Shown in pieces: positions 11,727-24,843 of a stretch of DNA of 64,000 nucleotides (position 1 is its first letter; the number at the start of each line of letters is the position of its first letter). The position numbers were made by a program, and so were the translations under genes. The notes beneath the pieces are model-generated. The model had not been told where the DNA came from. It searched no databases and saw nothing but the letters and a program-made list of their open reading frames with translations. The DNA is taken from assembly GCA_028826165.1 (NCBI GenBank), contig JAPDFW010000114.1:682001-746000 (forward strand), in the 5' to 3' direction. This DNA is from Anaeramoeba ignava BMAN. Lineage: Eukaryota > Protista > Anaeramoebae.

Positions 11727-14290
11727 ATGAATCAAAAAAGAATAAAAAAAAATACTCAATTTAATCCAATCGGAAATAGAAATAATAATAATTCACAATC
11801 AAATGAAGAAACAGAAAAAATTGAAAGTGACTTTTTCCTTCAAGATTTTTCAACAATTTCTCTTTTAGATAAAGTTAATTCATCAAATAAACAACAAAGA
11901 GAAATTGTAATTAATTTTTTAAACACATCAATTTCTGAAAATCAAGAAGAAATTGTTCCTGCATTTATAAAAAAAGATATTATAAAAAAATTAATGCCAA
12001 ATCTACTTGATGCATCAATAGACATTAGAATGTCTGCAACTTCATTATTAATGTAAGTTTAAATAAAAGATTTTTTGATGTTTAAAATCATTTAAAAATG
12101 ATATTTATGATTCTCTTTGTAAGAAAATATACCATTTAAATTAAATTGAGGAATTAAATCAATGGCAAGAAAAGCCAGAGAAGAAAAAAAGAAGAAAAAG
12201 AAAAACAAACTAAATAATGAAAAAAATATGGTTTATTTTAGAAATATATTAGGGCTTGAAAATAACGAAATAACACAAAGAGCAATTCAATTAAATATAA
12301 TTTCGCCAATTATCAGTGCTCTTAGATCTGGATTATCAGAAATACCGCAGTTTGAACAAGAGGATTATCAAGAGATCAAGAATATTTATATAGAACAATT
12401 AATTACTCTTATTTGGATGCTTGTTGAGGTTTCTGAAAAAGTTTTACTTCGAATTAATAATAGCAATATTATTGAATTAATTTTTGAATGTTTGAATCCC
12501 CGTGTTTTTCCAGAGAATGTCAACATTGCAGCTGGTAAATGTATCAATATTTTACTTGGTGATAATTTTGAACTTGAACAGAAAATACTTAAGATTCCTC
12601 AAATTGGAAATTTATTAAAAAAATTATTGGAGAGTTATAAGGATAATGAAATTATAATTAAAAAAGAAGAACAAAATCAAAATCAAAATCAAAATCAAAA
12701 TCAAAATCAAAATCAAAATCAAAATCAAAATCAAATTGAAAATCAAATTGAAATCAAATTGAAAATCAAAATCAAATTGAAAATCAAAATCAAATTGAAA
12801 ATGAAATTCAAATTGAAAATCAAAATCAAAATCAAAATCAAAATCAAAATCAAAATCAAAATCAAAATCAAAATCAAATTGAAAATCAAAATCAAAATCA
12901 AATTGAAAATCAAAATCAAATTGAAAATCAAAATCAAATTGAAAATGAAATTCAAATTGAAAATCAAAATCAAAAAAGAAATCAAAAAAGAAATCAAAAA
13001 AGAAATCAAAAAAGAAATAAGAAAAACAGAAACAAAAAGAAAAATAAAATAAAAACAATTTCAATGATTAACAAAAAAAAAGAACAAGAAAATCAACAAG
13101 AAAAAACACCTAGAAGAAGTAGTAGATATATGAAGGCTCTTGTTTCAGGAATTATTCTGATATTATCTCCTCAAGAAGGTTTAGAAATTGTTCTTCCAGA
13201 TTTATTAGAAATTATACTATTTAATTCAATGGAAATTTTAAAATTATTATTTCAAGAAAATTTGGATCAAAATAAAATGGAAGAAATTCAAAAAGATGAG
13301 CTAGATAATCAACTGAAAAAATGGGACTTTGCAATTCAAGCACAAAAATTTGCATTTGAAATTTTAACAAATCGATTTTCATTTGAGAATAACGAAAATG
13401 AGCAAATAGATAATACTGGAATTAATCAAATTGTTGAAGAAACAAATATTTCTACTATTATGATTCAAAAAAGTTTATTATTAATCCAGCAGATTCGAGA
13501 ACTCAATAATATAACAAATATGGAAGCAAATATCATTAATCAATTCATTTCAAATCTGAATACAACTTTATTAAGATGCTATTCATTGATTGGAAATTTA
13601 ATTTTATTTGTTCAAGATTCAAAAATATCCTTGTTTGTGAATTCTTGCTATTCTATTATGGATTTATTTCTTATAGATGATCATGTCTCATTTGCAATAG
13701 AAAATGCAGAAATTTTAACTCAAATTTTATGCTTAATTTTGAAAAATATTCAAATGAGAATTCAACAAAATCATGTCAATTCAAACGAAAATGAATATAA
13801 TTATTTACTTCCTAAAACAGAGAATGATTCAAATCAAAATTTCATGATAACAACTCTTTATAATTTCATTGATTTTCTTACTCAATTTTCAAAAGAAAAT
13901 CCTGAACAAAAAAATCGAGCAAATTCAATCACAATTTTATCGTTATTTCTTCAAATTCAAATCAATATTTTCAATGATAATTTCATCCAAAATTATAATA
14001 ACTTTCTTCTAGATAAACTTTCTGATAAATCTGTTCTTGTTATTGTCGAAGTATTGAATTCGTTTTTTGAAGTTTTTGCAGAAGATGAATTTGATAAATT
14101 TTTAGAATCAACAAAATCAATTGAAAAATTACAACAATTTGTTCCAATTTTTGAAGAACTTTCACAAAAAGAATTTAGTCCCAATTTTGATTTCGATTTC
14201 GATTCAGAATATTTAAAAGAAAGAATTGAAGAAGCTCAAATTAATCTTAATGGTTTTATTCAACATAAATTAAATAATTTAAAAAAATAA
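11727..14290 (+). CDS. HEATR3: HEAT repeat protein HEATR3/Syo1-like; intron 12053-12241; apparent 1-nt deletion near 12751
   Basis: QFNPIG near the N-terminus, LLDKV..., IIKKLMPNLLDASIDIR and C-terminal VEVLNSFFEVFAED match HEATR3/Syo1. Restoring one A in GAAATCAAA within the repeat joins the ORFs. Confidence 0.7.
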
Positions 14291-14499
14291 ATTAAAAATT
14301 TAATTTTTCATTTTTCTTTTTATTTTGCTTTTTCATTTTTCTTTTTATTTTGCTTTATTTCTTTTTCTTTTGATTTCTTTTTCATTCAAATTCCGAACAA
14401 AAAAAAAATCAATCAAAAAACAAAACAAAACTTATTAAAAAAAAATATTAAACAAATCTTATTAATAAATTTACCACTTTTCCCAATTTAATTAAAAAA

Positions 14500-16399
14500 A
14501 TGTCTGAAGTTCCTCATCTTTATATTCGACGTAAAAAAATATAAAATAAAAACCCAAAAAGTTGAAAAAAAAAATTTAAATGAATTAAATCAAAAATTAA
14601 AAAAAAAATTTAATTAGTTTTGGAAGTTGGGAATCTTAATTTTTCTCAAGCTCAAGATTCTTTGATAAATTGTTCATTTACTTTTGAGAAAAGGATATTA
14701 AAATCTTCAAAACGTGAATATTCAAAACAAATTAAATGGGAAAAAGAAGAATTTTTATTTCTTGTACACCATCAAGATTCTTTCATTGGATTAACATTAA
14801 ATTATCATAACATCAAGAAGGAAATTCCTTTTGGAAAATTAAAAATACCTCTTTCAACTTTATCTGATGAGAAATCTGTATCACAAATTTTTTCTGTTGA
14901 GTCTATTGAAAAGAAAGATAAAAAACCAGATATTGTTGGAAAAATTCATTTACAACTTCATTATTCTTATTCCACTGTAAAAATAATTATATAATTAAAA
15001 TATAATTAAATGATTTAATTAATATTTAAATAATATTATTTAATATTCAATGAAAATTATAGGTTTCTTTATATGACACAAAAAAGGAACATAATTGGAG
15101 AACTAAATTTCCAGAAGTTATTGATGTAAATATGATTTTATAAACGAAAAAGAATCAAAAAATTTTATCAATGTTTAATTTTTAGTTATTATGTTCAAAT
15201 AATTATGAACTTTTAAATGCTTTTTGTGATGTTGTTCATTCTGGAGCTGCTGATAAAACTGCTTTAACATTAGTTCATGTTTTAATGGGATTTGGAAAAG
15301 CTTTAGATTTTATTAAATTCACAATCAATAGAGAAACTAATCATACAAGTATTTATTATTTTTATTATTTAATTATTTAAAAATATTTTATCAGATAATC
15401 CTCAACAATTATTCAGAACAAATAGTATTGCAACAAAAATGATGACAATTTATTCAAAATTAATTGGAGAAGATTTTTTGGTTTCATGTCTGAAAAAACC
15501 AATTGGAGAACTTTTTAAATTGAAAACAGAAATTAAGGTAAAAATAAAATCCAAAAATAAAATCCAAAAATAAATAAAATCCAAAAATAAATAAAATTCA
15601 AAAATAAAATTAGATTCGGGACAAAAATGAAAAAGAAAAGAGTTTGGAAATTTTAGGACATTTTCTTAAACTTTTTTTCAATTCTATATTTAAAAAAATA
15701 TTAAAATGTCCAATGTAAAAAAAATTCAAAAAAATGTCAAGAAAAGTGAAAATATTTAAATCCAAAAAAAAAAAAAAATCCAATAATAATAATTTAGTGA
15801 AATCCAAGAAATTTGTCATCAATTAAATACTTCAGTTCAAAAAAAGTTTTCTGGTTATGGATTAATTGCAGTTTCAGGATTTTTATTTTTAAGATTTTTT
15901 TCACCTGCAATAACATCATTAGATTCAGATACAATAATTAGTGAAGCACCAACTCCTTTAGTTAGAAAAAATGCAGTTATTATTGCAAAAGTAATTCAAA
16001 AAATTGCGAATCATTTAGAACCAGGAAATTTAGAAAGAGATCTTGATCCTTTAAATGATTTAGGAAAAGAATTAATTGAGAAATTAGATACTGTATTTAA
16101 TTTTGAATTTGAATTTATTTTAATTTTGATTTGATTTTAATCATCAAATTTCAAAAAAAAAAAAGTATCTTGAACAAATTAGTCGGTTTTCTGAATTTAA
16201 AAAATCAAATGTTAACCAAAATTTTTTAAGTGTGGATTTTCATTATCTTCTTGATCTTCATAATCTTCTGAAAGATCATCAATTCCAAATTGATGCAGTT
16301 TTAACTCCACCAGTAGAAAGTGAAGAAGATAATCAGGTTTTTAATTCATGAATGAATAATTTAAATAATAATGAAAATAATAATAATAATAATAATAAA

Positions 16400-16430
<31 letters not shown>

Positions 16431-17706
16431 TGATTTTTATTTCAAAAAGACATCTTCACTTTTATCATTCTTAACATCAAAAGATCCAGCAACAATATTA
16501 ATAATTCAATTGAATGAATTTGGGAATCCACCTGAACCATCATTTAAAAAATCACATACCGTTTCTGGAAAAATTATCCAAAAACGAAAAGCAATAAAAA
16601 TCAATGAAGATACTGATGTGATTAAGGAGCAAGAAGAAGATGCGAATATTTTAAACAAAAATAGTATTTTTGCACAAAAACCACGAGATCCAAATATTGT
16701 TAGTGAAACTCTATTGGAATCAATTTATGAAATTTATCAAAATCATGAATTAGATGATTTGGATCTACTTTCAGCTTTGAATACTGAAAATTTTCATTTT
16801 TCGATGTTTTATTCAGCAAGAGAATGGGATAAAATGAAGAATTCAAAAGCTTATCAAGATTTTGTTTTGAGTTCAATTGGAGAGATTAATTCTCTCGATG
16901 TTTCAACTTTGGATCAAGATCAAAGACTTGCTTTTTGGATCAATATTTATAACACTTTATTTATTCATGGATGTATTGAAAATGGAGGTCCACCATTGAC
17001 TCATTTCCAGTTAAAACAATTTAAATCAGAATTTAAATATATTATTGGTGATGCTGTTTATTCTTGTGATGATATTATGGAAGGTGTTTTAAGGGGTTTG
17101 TATTTCAAATATAAATTTATTATTTCAATTTGGAAAAATATCAAGCAATCAAAATGAAAAAATTTTTGTTTCTTTTGATAATAATCAGGAAATCCAAAAA
17201 GTTTTCTTGGTGGTAGTTATTTTAAATCTCAAAATGATCCAAGATATCATGTTACTCTTCAAGAATTTTCTCCTTTGGTTCATTTTGCAATTACAGATCT
17301 TCGAGATTTTTCTCCAGAAGTTAAGATATATCATGCAGAAACTATTCAAAAAGAAATGATGGAATCAACACGAGATTTTTTGGAAAATTCTATAAAAATA
17401 GAAAACAAGAAGGTTTTGATTTGAAATTGATTTAAAATTAATTTAAAATTAATTTAAAATTTTAAAATTGATTTAATATTTTAGATTATATTACCAACTT
17501 TATTCAAATTTTTCAGAAAAGATTTTGGTAAAACTGAATCGAGTATTATTGAATTTATTTGTGTTACTCTTTTATTTTCAAAAAGTTCATTTTTAGAACA
17601 AGTTAAATTATTAAAAGAATCAAATTTTGTTATTGAATTTAAAAATCCAAAAAAAGATCAAGAAATTTTATTAAATAATCAAGAAAAAACAAAATCAAAA
17701 AAATAA
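14500..17706 (+). CDS. C2 + RasGAP + DUF547 protein (multi-exon)
   Basis: C2-like PFGKLKIPLSTL...GKIHLQLHY; RasGAP arginine finger LFRTNSIATK and FLFLRFFSPAI signature; DUF547 RLAFWINIYNTLFIHG...YSCDDIMEGVLRGN. Not every internal junction was verified. Confidence 0.75.
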
Positions 17707-17796
17707 AAAATAAAAAATCAAAAATCAAAAATTTAATTTTTCATTTTTTTTTGCTTTTTTTTTCATTTTTCAATTCTTTTTTAATTAATTAATTTG

Positions 17797-20700
17797 ATGT
17801 TTCTTCCTTATATTTCAACAGTAACACCAATTAGAAATCGAGATGGTAATAAATAATCAAATAAATAATTAAATAATTTTTTTTTTTTTTGCTTTTTAAA
17901 CTTTTTAAAAAATAAAAAAATAATTAATTAAATTGAATTAAATTTTGATTAAAAATAAAACGAATAAAAAAAAATACAACATAAAAAAATTAGACACTGG
18001 AGTTCTTGTGAAGTTTCCAAGAGAAGTTCAACGGGGTATTGAAGGATTAGTTGTTGAAGTTTTATTAGATCCTGATAAATCAGAAGAAATTTTAACAAGT
18101 ACTTTTCATATTAAATGGGTAATTGAAATTATTGGTCAATCTTTTGCTCTTCCTATTGAAGACCATCCTATTATTTCTAATGGTATCGAGCTTTATAGTC
18201 GTTGGCTTATGGGAAAAGCTGTCCCAACTGCCTTCATTGAAAATCAAAATTACTTCTTTCGTGTAAAATTTTTTTATTTACAAAATTTAAAATTAAAATT
18301 AAAATCAAATTCAAAATTAAAATTAAAATTAAATATAAAATCAAAATCAAAATTAAAATTGAAATCAAAATTAAAATTAAAATTAAAATTAAAATCTAAA
18401 TCAAAATCAAAATCAAAATTGAAATTAATATTAATATTAAAATCAAAATTAAAATCAAAATTAAAATTAAAATTAAAATCAAAATTAAAATTAAAATTAA
18501 AATCAAAATTAAAATTAAAATTAAAATTAAAATTAAAAATAAAATTAAAATTAAAATCAAAATTAAAATTAAAATTAAAATTAAAATTAAAATTAAAATT
18601 AAAATTAAAATTAAAATTAAAAATCAAAAAATTAAAATTAAAATTAAAATCAAAATTAAAATTAAAATTAAAATCAAAATTAAAATTAAAATCAAAATCA
18701 AAATTAAAATTAAAAATTAAAATCAATATTAAAATTCAAAAAGGAAATATTTGGGCATCTTTCATTAATTTTTCAAGCAAGAAAAGATACTCAACATACA
18801 CTAATTAAGAAACATATTGAATTATGTCAAAGTGTATTATTAATTATGGAGAAAATGGGAACAGAAAGAAAAGATCAAATGACAGAAGAAACTTGGGAAT
18901 ATCTCCTTAATATTTTAATTGGTATTTCAGATTATCTTCTTGCTAAAGATGGGGTTATAGAAGAACAAGATTTAACTTCTCAACTTTGTGTTCCAGTTTT
19001 AAGAGTATTTTAAATTAAAATTTAAAATTAAAATTAAAATTAAAATTAAAATTAAAATTAAAATTAAAATTAAAATTAAAATTAAAATTAATATTAAAAT
19101 TAAAATCAAAATTAAAATTAAAATCAAAATTAAAATTAAAATTTATATTAAAATTAAAATTAAATTTAAAATTAAAATTAAAATCAAAATCAAAATTAAA
19201 ATCAAAATTAAAATTAAAATAAAAATTAAAAATTAAAAATTAAAATTAAAATTAAAATTAAAATTAAAATTAAAATTAAAATTAAAATTAAAATTAAAAA
19301 TCAAAAATAAAATAAAAATTAAAAATTAAAAATTAAAATTAAAAATTAAAATTAAAATTAAAATTAAAATTAAAATTAAAAATTAAAATTAAAATTAAAA
19401 TTAAAATTAAAATTAAAATTAAAATAAAATTAAAATTAAAATTGAATTTAAAATTAAAATTAAAATTAAAATTAAAATTAAAATTAAAATTAAAATTAAA
19501 ATTAAAATTAAAATTAAAATTAAAATTAAAATCAATATTAAAATTAAAATTAAAAATTAAAATTTATATTAAAATTAAAATCATAATTAAAATTAAAATT
19601 AAAATTAATATTAAAATTAAAATTAATATTAAAATTAAAATTAATATTAAAATTAAAATTTATATTAAAATTAAAAATTAAAATTAAAATTAAAATCAAA
19701 TCAGCTATTATTTGATTTATGGCTTCGTTCTAATACTCAAAACCTTCAAATGTGGGAAAGACTTAAAAAAGTTGCAACAGGATGGAGACATAGAAAAGAA
19801 ACAATTATACAATGGTCATCCACGATTTATGGACTTTTAAGTCGAGTAGTAGGATTACTTTATGGTCCACAAGAAGGAGATAAAGTTGTTACAATTAAAT
19901 TGTAAAAACATTTCAGAATTTAATTTATTTTAAAAACGATTTTTTAAACTCTAATTATTATTATTATTTTTGATTTTGATTTATTCTTTTCAAAGACCTT
20001 CTACTTCAAATTCTAGTCCAATTATTTTAGATTTATCTAATGAACAAGTTGTATTTTGTTGGACAAGAATTCTTGGTAAAAAATATTGAATTTAATTTTT
20101 AATTTTAATTTTAATTTTAATTTTAATTTTAATTTTAATTTTAATTTTAATATTAATTTTGATTTTAATTTTAATTTTAATTTTAATAATTTAAATTTTT
20201 AATTTTAATTTTAATTTTAATTTTAATTATAATTATAATTTTATAAATCAATTTTAATTTTAATTTTAATTTTAATTTTAATTTTAATTTTAATTTTAAT
20301 TTTAATTTAATTTTATAATTTAAATTTTAGGTATTCTTGCTAATCCAAATGAAATCACAAATCCAAGTATTTTCTATTTAGCCATGAGTGGAATTCGTAG
20401 TTGTGTTGGATTACTTTTACGAATTGGTTCAAATTTTAAAAAACCAGGAAAAAAAACATTAATTGATCATCCAAATGGAAATTCAATTTTACAAATTTTT
20501 GGTGAATGGCTTTTTGAAGCTGTTTCTTTAAATAGACCTTCATTTGCTGAAGGAACAGAATGCGCTTACACAATTTTATGTGAGATATTCATGTCAATTC
20601 AACAAAAACCTTTCCAAGAAATTTATCTTAGTAGATTTTATCGTGCAATTATAAGTGCTTTTGAAAATGAAGTTGCAAATGGAAAATCTATTTGTTCAAT

Positions 20701-23700
20701 TCTTGTATATACAAAAGATATATTCTCTTCAGAATTACCTGGTATTTATGTTATGATTCCATTCTTTGTTTCGATAATTAAGAAAATCATGTTGAATGTA
20801 AATAAAAATTAAAATTCATTTATAAAATTAAAATTAAAAATTAAAATCAAAATTAAAATTCATTTATAAAAATAAAATTAAAATGAAAATTAAATTAAAA
20901 ATTAAAATTAAAATTCATTTATAAAATTAAAATTAAATTAAAAATTAAAATTAAAATTAAAATTAAAATTAAAATTAAAATTAAAATTAAAATTAAAATC
21001 AAAATTAAAATTAAAATTAAAATTAAAATTATTTTAATTATTTCATGATTTATAGAGACAATTATCATTCAGTCTCAGTATTCCTCTTCAACAACTCAGA
21101 AGAGCTTGTATTACAATTCTTAGTAGTTTAATTTGCCTTCCAAATTCATTTTTAAAAATGAAACTTGAATTAATACCATCAAAAATTATTGAAGAAAGAA
21201 ATGCAACAAATTTCTCAACTTTAAAATCAACATTATCACATATTGTTATTAATGGATTTCTTTGTGAAGAAGATTTCACAAATGCTCAAATGTTATTATG
21301 GTTAATGTCTATGCTTATTCATGAAGATATTGATTTCACAGAAACTTTACCTTCTTTAATTATTTTGACTATTCAAAATTTGATTTGTAATCCAAATGAT
21401 ACTCAAGTTAGTTGGCCAATTAGTGTTAATGTTGTTGCTTTTCAAGTTTTAAGTTCTGTTTCATCTCTTGTTGAAAAAATTATTGATTGTTCAAGTGTAA
21501 AAATAAAAATAAAAATTAAAAATTAAAATTAAAATTAAAATTAAAATTAATTTAAATTAAATTCAAAATTAAAATTAAAATCAAAATTTTAAAATTAAAA
21601 TTAAAATTAAAATTAAAAATCATTTATAAAATTAAAATTGATTTATAAAATTAAAATTAAAATTAAAAATTAATATTAAATTTAATATTAAAATTGATTT
21701 ATGAAATAAAAATCAAAATTAAAATTAAAATTAAAATTAAATTTAAATTTAAAATTAAAATTAAAATTAATATTAAAATCAAAATAAAAATCTAAATTAA
21801 AATCAAAATTAAAATAAAAATTATAATTATAATTAAAATTTAAATTAAAATCAAAATTAAAATTAAAATTAATATTAAAATAGCAAACTGTTCCAGGACT
21901 TGTAATGAGTTTTTCAAGATTAATTTCACAATTAATTGGAAATCCAGATAAATATTCATCTGATGATTTAGACACATTAGTTTGTGGATTATTTCATGTG
22001 AATTGTGATTTTATAATTCAATCACAATGGATTTACGATTATACAAATATTTTATCTGAAGTTCTTAATTCAATAGAAATTTGTATGAAAGAAGCAGTAT
22101 TTGAGAAAAAAAAGAAGAAAACAGGACAATCACCAGCAATAAAAGAGGCAGCAATATTTCTTTTTAATCATTTATTGCGTCAACTTGGAAATTTCCCACT
22201 TCCAACTGGTCCTGAAAATATTTCAACTTTAATCAATGAAAAAGTTGTTCAAGAAAAATTCTCTTTTTCTGATGAAGAATTTTTACAAAGAACTCGTTAT
22301 TTTGTTCATAATGATAGTCAGCTTTTAACTGTAATTGAATGTCCTGCTTTAAAGAATTCAAAAGGTATTTAATAATTTTAAATTTATTTTAAATTTATTT
22401 ATTTTCTTTTGTTTGTTTATAGATCCTTTTGTAATGATAATTGTTAGAGATTTAACAGGAAGATATTCTTGGAGTGCTTTTTTTAGATCTTTACCTTTAT
22501 CTTCTGCTGATGAATGTAATTTAATTTTGATTTAATTTTAATTTTAATTTTGATTTAATTTTGATTTAATTTGATTTAATTTAATTTAATTTTAATTTAA
22601 TTTTAATTTAAATTTTGATTTAATTTAATTTTAATTTTTATTTAATTTAATTTTGATTTAATTTTGATTTTGATTTAATTTTGATTTAATTTTGATTTAA
22701 TTTTGATTTAATTTTGATTTAATTTTGATTTAATTTTGATTTTAATTTTGATTTAATTTTGATTTAATTTTGATTTAATTTAATTTAAATTTAATTTTGA
22801 TTTAATTTAATTTAAATTTAATTTTGATTTAATTTAATTTAATTTAATTTTAATTTAATTTTGATTTAAATTTAATTTTGATTTAATTTTGATTTAATTT
22901 AGTTTAATTTAATTTTAATTTTAATTTTAATTTAATTTAATTTTGATTTAAATTAATTTTGATTTAATTTGATTTAATTTGAATTAATTTTGATTTAATT
23001 TAATTTAAATATTTTCAAATAGCTGAAAAAGAACCGGCTAAACATGAATGGAAAGGACAACCAACATCACCAGTTTATGAGCAAGCTCGACCACAAACTG
23101 AATTGAAAACGAAAGAATTAGAAACAATATATGAATTCAATCCACCATTAACAAATTTCCAATCATCAGATGGAGAAGTTAGACAAGCATGCATTGTTGA
23201 TATTATGGGAAAACAATATAGAATGGAAGAAGTTTATCGTTTTCTTGAAGAAGAAACTACAATTCATACTACAAATGCTAAACGTCCTGAAAGACCTGAT
23301 CATAATCTTCTTCCTTATAAATTTAATTATGGTAGATTGTTTTTATCAAATCTTGGATTTATTCGTGATGAAACTATTGTTAAAACTTGTATTCTGGAAA
23401 GTACTACTAAATGTATTCAAGAAATTAATAATCTTGATCAAATTCCAATGTAATTTATTAATTAAATTTAAAATTAAAATTAAAATTCATTTATAAAATT
23501 AAAATCAAAATTAAATTTAAAAATTAAAATTAAAATAAAAATAAAATTATAATTAAAATTAAAATTAAAATTAAAATTAAAATTAAAATTAATATTAAAA
23601 TTAAAATTCAAAATTAAAATTAAAATTAAAATTAAAATTAAAATTAAAAATCGGATAAAAATTAAAATTAAAATCAAAATTAAAATCATAATTAAAATTT

Positions 23701-24587
23701 AAATTAAAATTCATTTATTAATTAAAATTAAAATAAAATTAAAATTAAAATTAAAATTAAAATTAAAATTAAAATTAAAATTAAAATTAAAATTAAAATT
23801 AAAATTAAAATTAAAATTAAAAATTCATTTATAAAATTAAAATTAAAATTAAAAATCGGATAAAAATTAAAAATCGGATAAAAATTAAAATTTAAATCAA
23901 ATTCGAAATAGTCGACACCAACACAAAATTGGAGTACTTTATGTTGGAAAAGGACAAAATCGAATTGTTGATCCTGAATTAATTTACACGAACAAAGAAA
24001 CAAGCAAAGATTTTGAAAATTTTGTACGAGAATTAGGATGGTTAGTATCACTAGATACACACACAGGATACAGTGGAGGATTAACAACAGAAACTACAGG
24101 AAAATATGCGCCATATTTTTCGACCTATTCATACGAAATGATATTCCATGTAGGACCAATGATAGAAAGCGAAGTAAGCACGAGAATGAAGATTTTAAGA
24201 GATGATTTTGTTGTGATTGTTTGGTGCGAAGATCCTCGAAAATTCATTCCCCAAATCATCAAAAGCGAAACAAATCTGTTTTATATTGTTATTCGTCCTC
24301 ATTCTTCTTCTTTATATTCCGTTGAAACTATTTCTTTTAGTACTAAAGCTTCTGTTAACGGTCCTCTTCTTGATAATGCTATTGTTTCTAGAAAAATTCT
24401 TGCTAGACTTGTTAGAATAACTGCTCTTAATGCAAATACTGAGATCTCAATATTAAAAGGTGTTTATCCTAATCCTTATGAAAAACGTCGTGAACAAATT
24501 AACCAAATTATTAAAAATCATAAGTTAGATTACCAAAGATATCAATTTTATACTTCCATTTTTTCAACAACAACAACAAATAATTAA
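17797..24587 (+). CDS. RALGAPB: Ral GTPase-activating protein subunit beta-like, with C-terminal Rap/Ran-GAP fold
   Basis: GVLVKFPREV, HIKWVIEIIGQSFALP, WRHR, PNGNSILQIFGEWLFEA, then HKIGVLYVGKGQ and MIFHV..VVIVW..GPLLD in the Rap-GAP domain; many repeat-filled introns. Confidence 0.8.
18263..18743 (+). repeat. Intron filled with (AAAATT/AAAATC)n
   Basis: GT...AG-bounded hexamer array inside the RalGAP beta gene. Confidence 0.8.
19005..19704 (+). repeat. Intron filled with (AAAATT)n
   Basis: GT...AG-bounded hexamer array. Confidence 0.8.
22516..23022 (+). repeat. Intron filled with (TTTTGATTTAA)n-type repeat
   Basis: GT...AG-bounded array with opposite strand polarity to the neighbouring introns. 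Confidence 0.8.
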
Positions 24588-24843
24588 TTCTTCTTCAATT
24601 TCCAAATTTTTGGATTTCAATTTACTTCTTCTTCTCTTCTTTTCTTTTCTTTTTTTCTTTCTTTTGACTTTTTTTTGACTTTCTTTTGTCATTTTTTTTA
24701 CGAAACAAACAAAAAAAACAAAATTTAATTTCCAAATCAATTCCACTTTTTCAATTTTAAATTCAAAATTAAAATTCATTTATAAAATTAAAATTCATTT
24801 ATAAAATTAAAATTAATAATCTTTTTATTTTAATTTAACTTTG

